A stretch of 63,982 nt of DNA, filler included, from Octopus bimaculoides (Eukaryota): NCBI RefSeq assembly GCF_001194135.2. It is 5 parts of 5 records of this genome, joined end to end, with 100 filler letters (N's around TTAATTAATTAA, not from the genome) between each part and the next. Parts side by side here need not be neighbours in the genome. Positions count along the whole stretch, not along the records: positions 43,944 to 59,926 come from NC_069002.1; positions 60,027 to 62,840 come from NW_026419328.1; positions 62,941 to 63,982 come from NW_026414733.1; 2 more parts are not named here. The stretch is one strand, 5' to 3'. The notes beneath the pieces were generated by a model. That model did not search any database. It saw only the letters and a list, made by a program, of their open reading frames with translations, and was not told where the DNA came from. Both the position numbers and the translations under genes were made by a program. Within the stretch, counting starts at the first letter, position 1. The number at the start of each line of letters is the position of its first letter. Shown piece after piece: positions 53,713 to 63,982 of the stretch.

Positions 53713-56269
53713 ATTATCAAAATACAATACCGGAATTTTTTTTATATTCTCCTTATCTACGGCAAAAATTTTTTAGGAATAAAACTGAATCAGTTTGCTG
53801 ATTCTGTTCCCATTAAATTATATTAAACACTAATAAGTTAAATTTTGTTTAAATTTTCTTATAAGAGATGTTATTTAAGTAAAAACTTTGAAAAGTCTTG
53901 GCCTAGAGAGAAGTTATATCGTTGAAGAGAGAGAAAATAACTTCAATATGGATTTGAAACCAGATATCGTATGGTAGAGTCGCCAGGTTGGGCTACAAAT
54001 AAATTCGCTAATTTCTAGGAATGTTTTCTGCTACTGTTTGTGTAGAGGCAGAAGGGTTGCTTACTACGTTGGAATTTTAATTTTAAAACGCAAAAGCATC
54101 TTGTTGAATATCATTAAATTATCAACCAACAGTTGCCTTTGCAATCAATTATACCGAAATCTTGCAAATGCAACATTTCAACACTCCTCCTCCTTGACAT
54201 GGTATACATCGAATTATAGTATCCAATATTCGCTGCCTTTTCCTTTAAGACAATAAAGTGTGGACAGAGGGAGATTTGGTTATTAGTTTTAGCAAGTCTT
54301 AAGACGACGAGTAAACTTCTTGGTAGGCTCCATTATCCGTTGACTGGCTAGTAGGTCGATCGATAGGTCGGGCGGTCAGTCGGTACAATATTAAATAAAC
54401 CCCGTTAATCCATTCGTAAAAGCAATTTCAGTCTCGTAGTTACAACGAGGAAGCGTATCATTTATATCAGTGCTCGACCTGCTAAAAATAGTAACAAAAT
54501 CCTCGTGAATTGGGTAGTGCATCATGCAAAATTTCTCCTTTCGAGTCTCTTCATTGTGAGTTCAAATCCTACCGAAATCAACTTACTCTTTCATTATTCT
54601 ATGATCAGTAAGGTAAAAGTACCAGTCATATACTGAGGTCAATTTATATTTATATCAGGAAGTTTAACAAAAAAAAAAAAAACCATGACATCAATGAAAT
54701 CCAAATGAAACTTACATACAATTTATTGATTGAGCAGCAGTTCTTCCTACTAGATGAGGTATACGGAACTTAAACAAACCAACACCGATTGTCGAGCAGT
54801 GAAGCGACTAACAAAAGACACGCACATATACATATGATGTATACTGTACACCAAATGTATGATGTATACTAAATTCATTCGCAAGGCATTGATCAGCTCG
54901 AGGCTATAGTAGAAGACACGTGACCAACGTATTGCGCAGCGGAGACGGAACCCGAAACCATGTAGTTGCAAAGCGAGTTTCAGTTTTTTACCATTTTAAA
55001 ATTTTATTTTGTCCAGTAGCCTCATCGTTTCACTTAAACCGATAACTTTGACGTTTCTTCAGAGATATGGAACAATTACTGCAGGACTAAATTATTGCAA
55101 CATCGGAACCCTTTTGGAATTACATTTACAGTTTGTCCAAAATCTCTTCACAGGAACAATGCTTTACCACAAAAAGTCTCACGCCTTTGTAATGTCTTTG
55201 AGCAATAATTCAACACGAAGGGCTCATCATGGCAGCATTGAAGATCGGCCACTTTATACATAGTAAGTATAGTTAAAATATAAGTAAAGAGCTAAATTGA
55301 ATTTAACAGATTCAAATTAATATAATCTTAAAAAAAGGATTTGTTTGACAGTTATTATTCTTTTACTTGTTTCAGTCATGCGGCTGCGGTCATGCTGGAA
55401 CACTCTTAAAATATACCATATTGTACCAGGAATGCAATATAATATTTATAGGAATGAAAATTAAACGAAGATAAGCAAAGATCAGAATTTTATATGAGAT
55501 ACAAGTATAAATTGATTGGTACAAATTGATATAATTCTAAAGCAGAATAGGTTTAATCTTAATTAATCCACTTAAAAAAGTAAAGAACAGAACAAACTAT
55601 ATACAAATTAACCAAGTTCAAAAATAAGGTCTATCCACTCAATTGATGCTACAGTTTTTTTTGCACGATATTGCACAGTTATTCCCAGATTTCTGGAAAT
55701 TCCGATTTTCTGGAAGCCGGATTAGAGGTCCGGTTCTGCATTTAATATGTTGTAATTTTATGGTGATATTTTGTAGAAAATTTTCTTCTCACTTCATTAT
55801 CGGAGTATTACTGTTTCATTGTTATTAATAACATATATTTATTGTAAACATAAACACGAACATCTTGCTTTATTTAATTTTTATTATTTTAATTAATTAT
55901 TTTTTAGTTTGAAAATCAATATTCCATTCATTATTTTGTATAAATACCATGAGATTTGAAAAAAAAGACGTAAAATTATAATTATCTACCTCAAGTAAAA
56001 TTAACTGATATAATTCACAACATATTCCCAACATTTGTCGTCATGTAATGGCTACACTCTGGTAACAGATTAAAGGTTAACGTTGTCATGGTTGAGGTCA
56101 TAGAAAGGTTAGTGCCAAATTGGTATTGTCCCAGGAAATATTGGTTCAGCGCTTCAGATTAGAGTGCAATTTTGATATCCAGTTACCCACACGCGCAAAC
56201 ACATAATGTATGGTTAAACAAGTTCGCTTCCCAAACAAGATATTTCAGACAAGAGGAATGAACTGCGAA

Positions 56270-56660
56270 TGATAATGAGAGGCAGAGATGCTTAGAGGAA
56301 GCACGTCAGTACAGATGTCATCAAAAATGTGAGACACACTTTTTGTATTGTTATATGCATTTAACCATCTGACCAAACATCATAGCAATTTGACTATCGC
56401 CTTTTAAACAACTTCGCAGAAATCAACATAACTAGAAACTGAGATAACATTGCATCTTCGTGGTATTATAAGAATTGACAGAGGCTTTCTAAATGCAGAT
56501 TATTCAGAAAATAACGAAGCATGGAACGATAATAACTGAATTAAATGAATTTGAACAGAGAATAACTCTTAATAGAATGCAGAGAGAAGTTTTTAATCAA
56601 ATAAAACAAACTATTGTCAAAAGACAAATGAAATATCCTATTTTTCTTAGAAAGAGCAAG
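56270..56660 (+). pseudogene. Helitron Rep-helicase linker fragment
   Basis: DNERQRCLEEARQY (cf. DD.EW..CL.EA) and LNRMQREVFNQI (cf. LN.EQ..VF..I, preceding the helicase). Confidence 0.5.
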
Positions 56661-56714
56661 AATATATGGAAAAACTTAGCTTAGGAATTGTTTAAAATAT
56701 TTGCAGAAGTCTAG

Positions 56715-56900
56715 CAATTTTCAGGATGAGTGGGTTAGCCGATCACATCGACCTCAATATTTGAAAGGTACCTTTTTTATTGACACCGAGAGGATGAAAT
56801 GGGAAATCAACCTCAGTGTAATTTGAACTCAGAACGTAAAAAGTCGGAAGAAATGCTTCTAAGCATTTTGTCCCGTGTGCTAACAATTCTTCCAGCTCTT
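56715..56900 (-). mobile_element. SINE-A copy
   Basis: GAGGATGAAATGGGAAATCAACCTCAG...AATTTGAACTCAGAACGTAA. Confidence 0.8.
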
Positions 56901-57099
56901 ACTTATCTAAATAACATACCTATGATGAGACTAAGATGCAAAAATCTGTTCTATATTTTACAACAGCAGGAATGGTCGTGGATTCATTGGCGAGGAGAAT
57001 AACAACCCAGGGCAGCTTTAGATTTCCATTTCCAGTTTTAGAAACACTTCCAGTAGATTTTGAAAGCTTAAGACTAACCAAACAAAATAATCGTTTCTA

Positions 57100-57310
57100 A
57101 TTCAGGTACAAGGCTAGAAGTTTTGAGGAAACGAGTTTTAGTGATTATATCGTCCCTAGTGCTTGTCTGGTAGTTTATTTCATCGATTCGGGAACGATAA
57201 AAAGCAGAGTTAATCTCGAAGGGATTTGAATCCAAAATGTAAAGAAATAGAATAAATACTGCAAAGTGTTTTTTCGGTGCTCTAACGATTCTGCCCGTTC
57301 ACCGCTTTAC
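57100..57310 (-). mobile_element. SINE-A copy, decayed
   Basis: CAGGTACAAGGCTAG...CTAACGATTCTGCCCGTTCACCGC. Confidence 0.7.
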
Positions 57311-59251
57311 CAATGACAGAAACAGCGACCAAAGAATTTTTGTGTTCGACGTGAAATATTCCATAAAGTCAGTAAAGCAGATGAAATGGAATTGTAGGCT
57401 GTAGATTGAGGATCCTAAAATACAAACTTCTTCCACATTACTGCTGTAGTTTAAACCCAGATCAGCCATGATTCAGGGTGTCCCAGCCGTAGCAGAACAC
57501 TTTTTATCTGGAATAGCTTTGATCGAAGTTTCCGGGGATCAGGATTAACTTGGGGATCAACAACAACAGCAAAAATAACGAGTGATCCTCTATGTGGTCA
57601 CTCAAACTGCTAGAAAACTCAATCAAATCTTTCTCAAATCACACTTTACCTCGCAAAAAAGAGAATACATTGGATAATGTGATCGCGGATGACTAAGGAA
57701 GGGGGAGTGGGTGATGGTTAGGTGCTTAACTAGAGACTGAATGACAAAATACTACTACTACTACTACTACTACTTCAGGCCACCCGTATTTGAACGCTTT
57801 TCCGTTTTTCTTTTTGTTTAATTCTCTTCCCATTTTTGATACAAGAACATTCTAGAAAACAACATCACGCCACAGCTTCAGACTGATTGGCTGTTTTATA
57901 GACCGATCACATGAAACTGCGGCGGTTCGCCCAGGGTGTCTGACCGGTTATCTAACGGTTGAGGTTTGAATCACCGCTACAACACCATGTTTTAATGATG
58001 TTGAAAAATGAAAACTAATACTTTAATAATAATCCTTATCTATAATAACGAACAATTTCGAAGAATTTATTTATTCGCTTCGGTAATTCAGGAAAGCCAG
58101 GCTATTTTTGTACCTTACATATTATTTTCTGGTTTCATTTTTAATTACGCTGTTTCCAAGTCAAAGATTATCCTGAAAGAAAAATATAGCAATTGCTAAT
58201 ATCTTATTCCCAACTGGAAGGATTGGAATGAAAAATTGGAAACGGTTTGTTGTTGCTTTGGCACCTTAGACTTGGCTTTGAAACAACTTGCTTCTACGCC
58301 AAATAAAGAACTAAGAACGTCTCTAGCCATAATTAACAGAGCTGATAAAATGAGATATTTAGTAATCATTGAATAAAACCAGACTTTTAGAAGATTGAAG
58401 GAAAATAAAGAATAAAGAAAAAATTTGAAGGAGAAAAGGGAAAAAATTAAATGTAAGAAAAAAATTTCGACATTTATTCGCTTANNNNNNNNNNNNNNNN
58501 NNNNNNNNNNNNNNNNNNNNNNNNNNNNNNNNNNNNNNNNNNNNNNNNNNNNNNNNNNNNNNNNNNNNNNNNNNNNNNNNNNNNNNNNNNNNNNNNNNNN
58601 NNNNNNNNNNNNNNNNNNNNNNNNNNNNNNNNNNNNNNNNNNNNNNNNNNNNNNNNNNNNNNNNNNNNNNNNNNNNNNNNNNNNNNNNNNNNNNNNNNNN
58701 NNNNNNNNNNNNNNNNNNNNNNNNNNNNNNNNNNNNNNNNNNNNNNNNNNNNNNNNNNNNNNNNNNNNNNNNNNNNNNNNNNNNNNNNNNNNNNNNNNNN
58801 NNNNNNNNNNNNNNNNNNNNNNNNNNNNNNNNNNNNNNNNNNNNNNNNNNNNNNNNNNNNNNNNNNNNNNNNNNNNNNNNNNNNNNNNNNNNNNNNNNNN
58901 NNNNNNNNNNNNNNNNNNNNNNNNNNNNNNNNNNNNNNNNNNNNNNNNNNNNNNNNNNNNNNNNNNNNNNNNNNNNNNNNNNNNNNNNNNNNNNNNNNNN
59001 NNNNNNNNNNNNNNNNNNNNNNNNNNNNNNNNNNNNNNNNNNNNNNNNNNNNNNNNNNNNNNNNNNNNNNNNNNNNNNNNNNNNNNNNNNNNNNNNNNNN
59101 NNNNNNNNNNNNNNNNNNNNNNNNNNNNNNNNNNNNNNNNNNNNNNNNNNNNNNNNNNNNNNNNNNNNNNNNNNNNNNNNNNNNNNNNNNNNNNNNNNNN
59201 NNNNNNNNNNNNAAAGAAATACCGCTAAGCATTTCGCCCAGCGTGATAACG

Positions 59252-59485
59252 TCTTATTTCTTTATTGCCCACAGGGGGCTAAACATAGAGTGGCCAAACA
59301 AGGACAGAAAAGGGGTTAAGTCGATTACTTCGACCCCAGTGCGCAACTGGTACTTAATTTATCGACCCCGAAAGGATGAAAGGCAAAGTCGACCTCGGCG
59401 GAATTTGAACTCAGAACGTAACGGCAGACGAAATACCGCTAAGCATTTCGTCCGGCGTGCTAACGTTTCTGCCAGCTCGCCGCTT
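59252..59485 (-). mobile_element. SINE-A, full-length young copy
   Basis: Consensus-like sequence; preceded by a partial copy at 59213-59251. Confidence 0.95.
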
Positions 59486-59499
59486 GGAATGTTGCCTCA

Positions 59500-59835
59500 T
59501 TGCTCATGTGGATTCCCAGGTCATGCACCGACTCTGAGTCACGGATTGCAGGACTCCCTGGTCCTGTGTATTGCGATTGCAGCTTGTTTGTGGGTCGACA
59601 ATGAAGGGCTTTAAACTCTTCAGCATTGATCTTCAAGTATTTTTCATCGGCCCATTTATATATTGTATGCAGGTCATTTTGCAGTTTTTGCATACCATGA
59701 GGGTCCTTTACCACCTGTGATACTTTTTTTTAACATCAACATAGCAGGTGAGAGTGGCTGACTGTATAGCTGAAGATATGTCTGAGACACCATAAGCAGT
59801 GGTGGTCCCTTTACGGTTCCTTGAGGGACTCCGCT
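59500..59835 (-). pseudogene. CR1-like LINE RT fragment
   Basis: SVRSGVPQGTVKGP...TLTCYVDV..SQVVKDPHGMQKLQNDLHTIYKWADE..LKINAEEF...DLGIHMSN. Confidence 0.85.
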
Positions 59836-59851
59836 ACGAACTGATGTCTCC

Positions 59852-59903
<52 letters not shown>

Positions 59904-60029
59904 TCTTATTGGGCCCGACTGACTTCNNNNNNNNNNNNNNNNNNNNNNNNNNNNNNNNNNNNNNNNNNNNTTAATTAATTAANNNNNNNNNNNNNNNNNN
60001 NNNNNNNNNNNNNNNNNNNNNNNNNNACA

Positions 60030-60960
60030 AAATCGTTTGCATTATAGCGTTCATCTTATCTTTCTTCGTTGACGGGGTTGTAGCATTCCTCGGTTCTGAA
60101 TTGGAAGGACATTTGTCACGCAGTATTTGGTATAAGTTGTGCATTTAGTGGGAGAGTTCCTCAGTGAGAGCGGGACTCAGCGTTTCTCGCGATTTAGAGA
60201 TGTTCTAGTATCATGTTTTTGGTGTGTTTAGAAAGGGTTGTGATGATATTTTTGAGATTTATTTAATGATTGCGTCTTTGTACCGTGAAAAGTGACGAGA
60301 TTGGCATGACCACATTGGAAAATGCCTCCAATGTCCCTGTTTATATTGTCAGAGCATATTTGTGCAAGGTTGTTGTGTTGGTTGATTGGGAGCGGAAGAT
60401 TAAAAATAAATAATAGTTTTATAGAGGATTAGTGGCAGGAAAGGGCGATGACGTCTTCAGGGAAACTCTGGTTGTCAGGAGGAATCAATTAGCTGATTTT
60501 TTTCCGGAGGACTACGGGACTGGGGCCTATGGATAACTTCCAGAAATGCCTGGCTTTGCAGTGCTACCGGGGAGCTCTGCCGGTTCAAGACAAGCTCTAC
60601 AGACACGGAAGTGCTGTTAGACGGACGTGTCAGGGGTGTAAACAGGGTGACGAAACCGTCTTCCATGCACTCGACCAGTGTCCGGGCATTACTGTCTTAT
60701 GGAGATTTGTCGAACAGCTGTTGAGGTGTGTAGGAGAGATCCGGTCATCAGCCGAGTCCATCGGGAAAACCGACCGACCACTTTCTTTTGGCCCGGAAGG
60801 AAAAGCAGTTTTCCTCTGGCGAAGGATGTGATGCAGTGGACGGGATTGAAAGGACTGAAGACAGATATTTCTTCTTCTCCCAATCTCTCCTCGACTTTTT
60901 GATGTTCCGCCTGAGAAGGAAAGTGAGAGAGGAGTGGTTGGAAGGAGTGCGCAGAAGGGA
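60030..60960 (+). pseudogene. L1/Tx1-type LINE ORF2 C-terminal fragment (zf-RVT region)
   Basis: QCYRGALPVQDKLYRHGSAVRRTCQGCKQGDETVFHALDQCPGITVLWRFVEQLL (C..C....ET..H....C..W). Confidence 0.8.
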
Positions 60961-60994
60961 GCAGGCAAGGAAGGAAGTGATGCCTCTAACTGCA

Positions 60995-62840
60995 ATATGA
61001 AATTATCGAGCTCTGAATGTAATGTAATGACAGTGAAAGATGAGTATCTCTTGCCTAGAATTGTTGACACGCCTGATGTTTTAGCGGGGGGTGGGGTGGG
61101 TTCTGGCGGTTATCTCCTTTGAATATGAAAGCAGGATACCATCAAATCAAGGTTGCCGAGAAAGATAAGGAAACGGTTGCATTTTCATATAGACGGGGCT
61201 TGTGGCAGTTCAAAGTCATGCCATTCGGATGGTGTAACTCTCCTGCAACATTCGAGCGCCTCATGGATTAGGTACCGGTGGGCCTACACCGAAAGACAAC
61301 CTTCATGTTTATGATGTCATCGTATTTGGATGTACTTTCGATGAGGAGATGGAGAGGTTGTCGGAAGTTTCGAACTGCACGTCTCAAACTGAGCCCGAAG
61401 AAGTGATATCTGTTCCAGAAGGAAGTAANNNNNNNNNNNNNNNNNNNNNNNNNNNNNNNNNNNNNNNNNNNNNNNNNNNNNNNNNNNNNNNNNNNNNNNN
61501 NNNNNNNNNNNNNNNNNNNNNNNNNNNNNNNNNNNNNNNNNNNNNNNNNNNNNNNNNNNNNNNNNNNNNNNNNNNNNNNNNNNNNNNNNNNNNNNNNNNN
61601 NNNNNNNNNNNNNNNNNNNNNNNNNNNNNNNNNNNNNNNNNNNNNNNNNNNNNNNNNNNNNNNNNNNNNNNNNNNNNNNNNNNNNNNNNNNNNNNNNNNN
61701 NNNNNNNNNNNNNNNNNNNNNNNNNNNNNNNNNNNNNNNNNNNNNNNNNNNNNNNNNNNNNNNNNNNNNNNNNNNNNNNNGAGGGGAAGATCGTAGTAAG
61801 AATTGTAACCGAACTGCAGTGACTGGGCATGTGTCGACTGAAGAAGAACTAAAGAAGAGATATGGAAGATATAGACTTAGGACCAATGATAGAGTGGTTG
61901 CATCAGAATGCAGTGAGACCATCTTGGGAAGAAGTGTCCAGGTCCAGCACTGAAACTAAGAACTGCTGGAATCAGTGGGTCCTTCTTCGCCTAAACAACG
62001 GACTACTCGAAAGGCGACGGGAAACGCTCGATGACCTTAACAAGTATTGGCAATTGGTGACATCTGAGAGGGTGAGACCTGAGCTGTTCGAAGAAATTCA
62101 TGATCTGATTACGCGTGGACATTTGGTGTTAAAGAAAACTCTGAACCGGCTGCAGGAGAGGTTTTATTGGACGGGCATGCTTCAAGACGTTGAAGAATGA
62201 CATCGTTCCTGTGATGTATGCTGCGCAAGAAGGAACTCAAGAAGCGGAGGTGTGCCCCTCTTCAGCTGTACTAAGTGGGTTCACCTATGGAAAGAGTAGA
62301 TATGGATATTGCTGGACTATTGCCATTCGCTGAAAGAGGAAGTCGGTACATGTGTGTGGTCACGGAGTACTTTACAAAGTGGCCAGAAGCCTATGCCATC
62401 CCTGACTAAGAAGCCACGTTTGTTGCACAAGTGTTGGTGGAGCAGTTGTGCCTATTTGTGATATCTCATGAGCTACATTCCGACCAGGGTAGGGACTTCG
62501 AATTAGCTGTGTTTCAGGAGTGTTGTAAGTTGTTGGGGATTAAGAAGACGAGGACAATCCCATTGATACCATAGTCAGATGGGATGGTGGAGAAGGACAA
62601 GAACTAGCGAAGTATTGCGTAGGAAGACAGTTGGAATGGGATCTGAAGTTACCGGCTCTGTTGATGGCATAGCATTCGGCAACGCGTGAATCTACTGGCT
62701 ATTCACCTGCAAAGCTGATGCTGATCCACGAGGTGAGACTCCTGGTTGATCTGTTGATGGGAAGACAACCAGATGAAGAACTGCCTAGGGAAACCTCCAG
62801 CTATTTGAATCATCTGCAAGAGAGACTGCCAAAGATACAC
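60995..62840 (+). pseudogene. Gypsy/Ty3 LTR retrotransposon pol remnant (RT, gap, integrase)
   Basis: RT: KDEYLLPRI..AGYHQI..WQFKVMPFGWCNSPATFERLM. Integrase: GHLVLKKTLNRLQERFYW, CDVC, FTKWPEAYAIPD, LHSDQGRDFE, SDGMVE, STGYSPA. Stops and frameshifts throughout. Confidence 0.92.
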
Positions 62841-63705
62841 NNNNNNNNNNNNNNNNNNNNNNNNNNNNNNNNNNNNNNNNNNNNTTAATTAATTAANNNN
62901 NNNNNNNNNNNNNNNNNNNNNNNNNNNNNNNNNNNNNNNNAAACCTCTTTTACTTTATAGTCATCAGATATGTAGTGGGAGAAAAGGGGGGCAGAAGAAA
63001 AATGAATAACGTTACCTGAACGGTCTTTCGTACGTAACCCCATTTATATGTAATTACAACCTTCAAATAAATAACTCTACACATAGGTCAGATATTCGGA
63101 ATTAAGATTCTTCAATATAATATGTAACATTTAATTATCAAAATGACTGACTAATCTTTTATATACAAACCAAGAAGAATTCTAGTGGTGTGCTCTGATC
63201 TGTTACTTCTATATAAGATCAGAACGTAAGCACGGACGAAATGCCACTAAGCATAATGTCTGTCGAGCTAATGATTCTGTCTGTTCGCCACCGCCTTTAG
63301 GACTCATAATTATTAAAATCATTACAGAATACAACCAGCAGGAGCTATATATATATAATGTCTCGTGTTTTTTTTTTGTTTTCTTGTCCTTCTTTTTTAT
63401 TGCTCCATTGGTTTTTATCTCGTTTATGCATTAAAAATTTCCATCACTACATTGAGGAGCCATGTTAACTGTCTGAGCGAGGAAATATGAGTTCCAGTCG
63501 TAATGATCCTACATCTTTTATGTATTTCTACGCAAAACTTTGGTAAATTGTTATCTAATTCTTCCGTGTGTATTTTAATGTCTCTTTCAGACGTTTCTCC
63601 CGTCCATCAACAGAGAGGAGCTAATATAAGTTTAAGTGAAGTGATTTATAGGTAAGAACTACATATCTGTATCTCTTATAATTATGTAATTAACTTAATA
63701 TTGCC

Positions 63706-63850
63706 CAGGCGGTAAGCTGGCAGAATCATTAACATTCTGGATAAAATACTTTGTGTCACTACTTCCGGCTTTGTTTTGGGTTGAAATTTCGCCTATGTTG
63801 ACTGCATCTTGCATCATTTCTGGGTCGATGAAATAATTACTGGTTGAGAA
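63706..63850 (+). mobile_element. SINE-A copy, decayed (sense orientation)
   Basis: CAGGCGGTAAGCTGGCAGAATCATTAAC...GGGTCGATGAAATAATTACTGG; a minus-strand fragment lies at ~63220-63298. Confidence 0.7.
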
Positions 63851-63982
63851 CTAGGATCTTATGTAAGGGAGTAGCGCCCTCCATCAACGTTTCAGGCCTT
63901 GAGTCTATGATAGAAAAGTTATTCGTATTGGCAAATTCAAATTCTGAGACTGTTTCTAAATTTTAGTTTCTGCATAACAGAA

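Noticed and set aside
58200-58375. ~55-codon open stretch (PNWKDWNEKLETVCCCFG...)
   Set aside because: No start codon or clear acceptor, no known homology, and length is compatible with chance.

Overview
AT-rich, gap-ridden animal genomic DNA with dense microsatellites ((TA)n, (CA)n, (AAT)n, (TCTA)n, (TACA)n) and abundant tRNA-derived SINEs. The repeat complement looks like Octopus (coleoid cephalopod); that assignment is inference from pattern recognition, not a database search. I found no intact protein-coding gene. Nearly all ORF-track entries are microsatellite or N-gap artefacts, and the rest are decayed transposon proteins: a mariner, a long-TIR Sola2-like DDE element, RTE LINEs, a Dong/R4-type REL LINE end sitting in (AAT)n, CR1-like and L1/Tx1 RT pieces, a fossil Penelope-like ORF, a Helitron fragment and a Gypsy pol. 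A few + strand splice sites suggest the window may be intronic. The most striking observation is at 49.8-52.7 kb: four hammerhead-ribozyme motifs from two unrelated families in a nested mirror arrangement, HH-A(-) / HH-B(-) / SINE / HH-B(+) / HH-A(+). HH-A is a canonical type I hammerhead at the end of a ~300-bp repeat. HH-B is a minimal Penelope-type motif in a TSD-flanked inverted pair. Both minus-strand copies keep the catalytic core, while both plus-strand copies carry a core mutation. Two long stand-alone hairpins (45.1 kb and 48.3 kb) are also notable. Four identical N44-TTAATTAATTAA-N44 blocks are assembly spacers.
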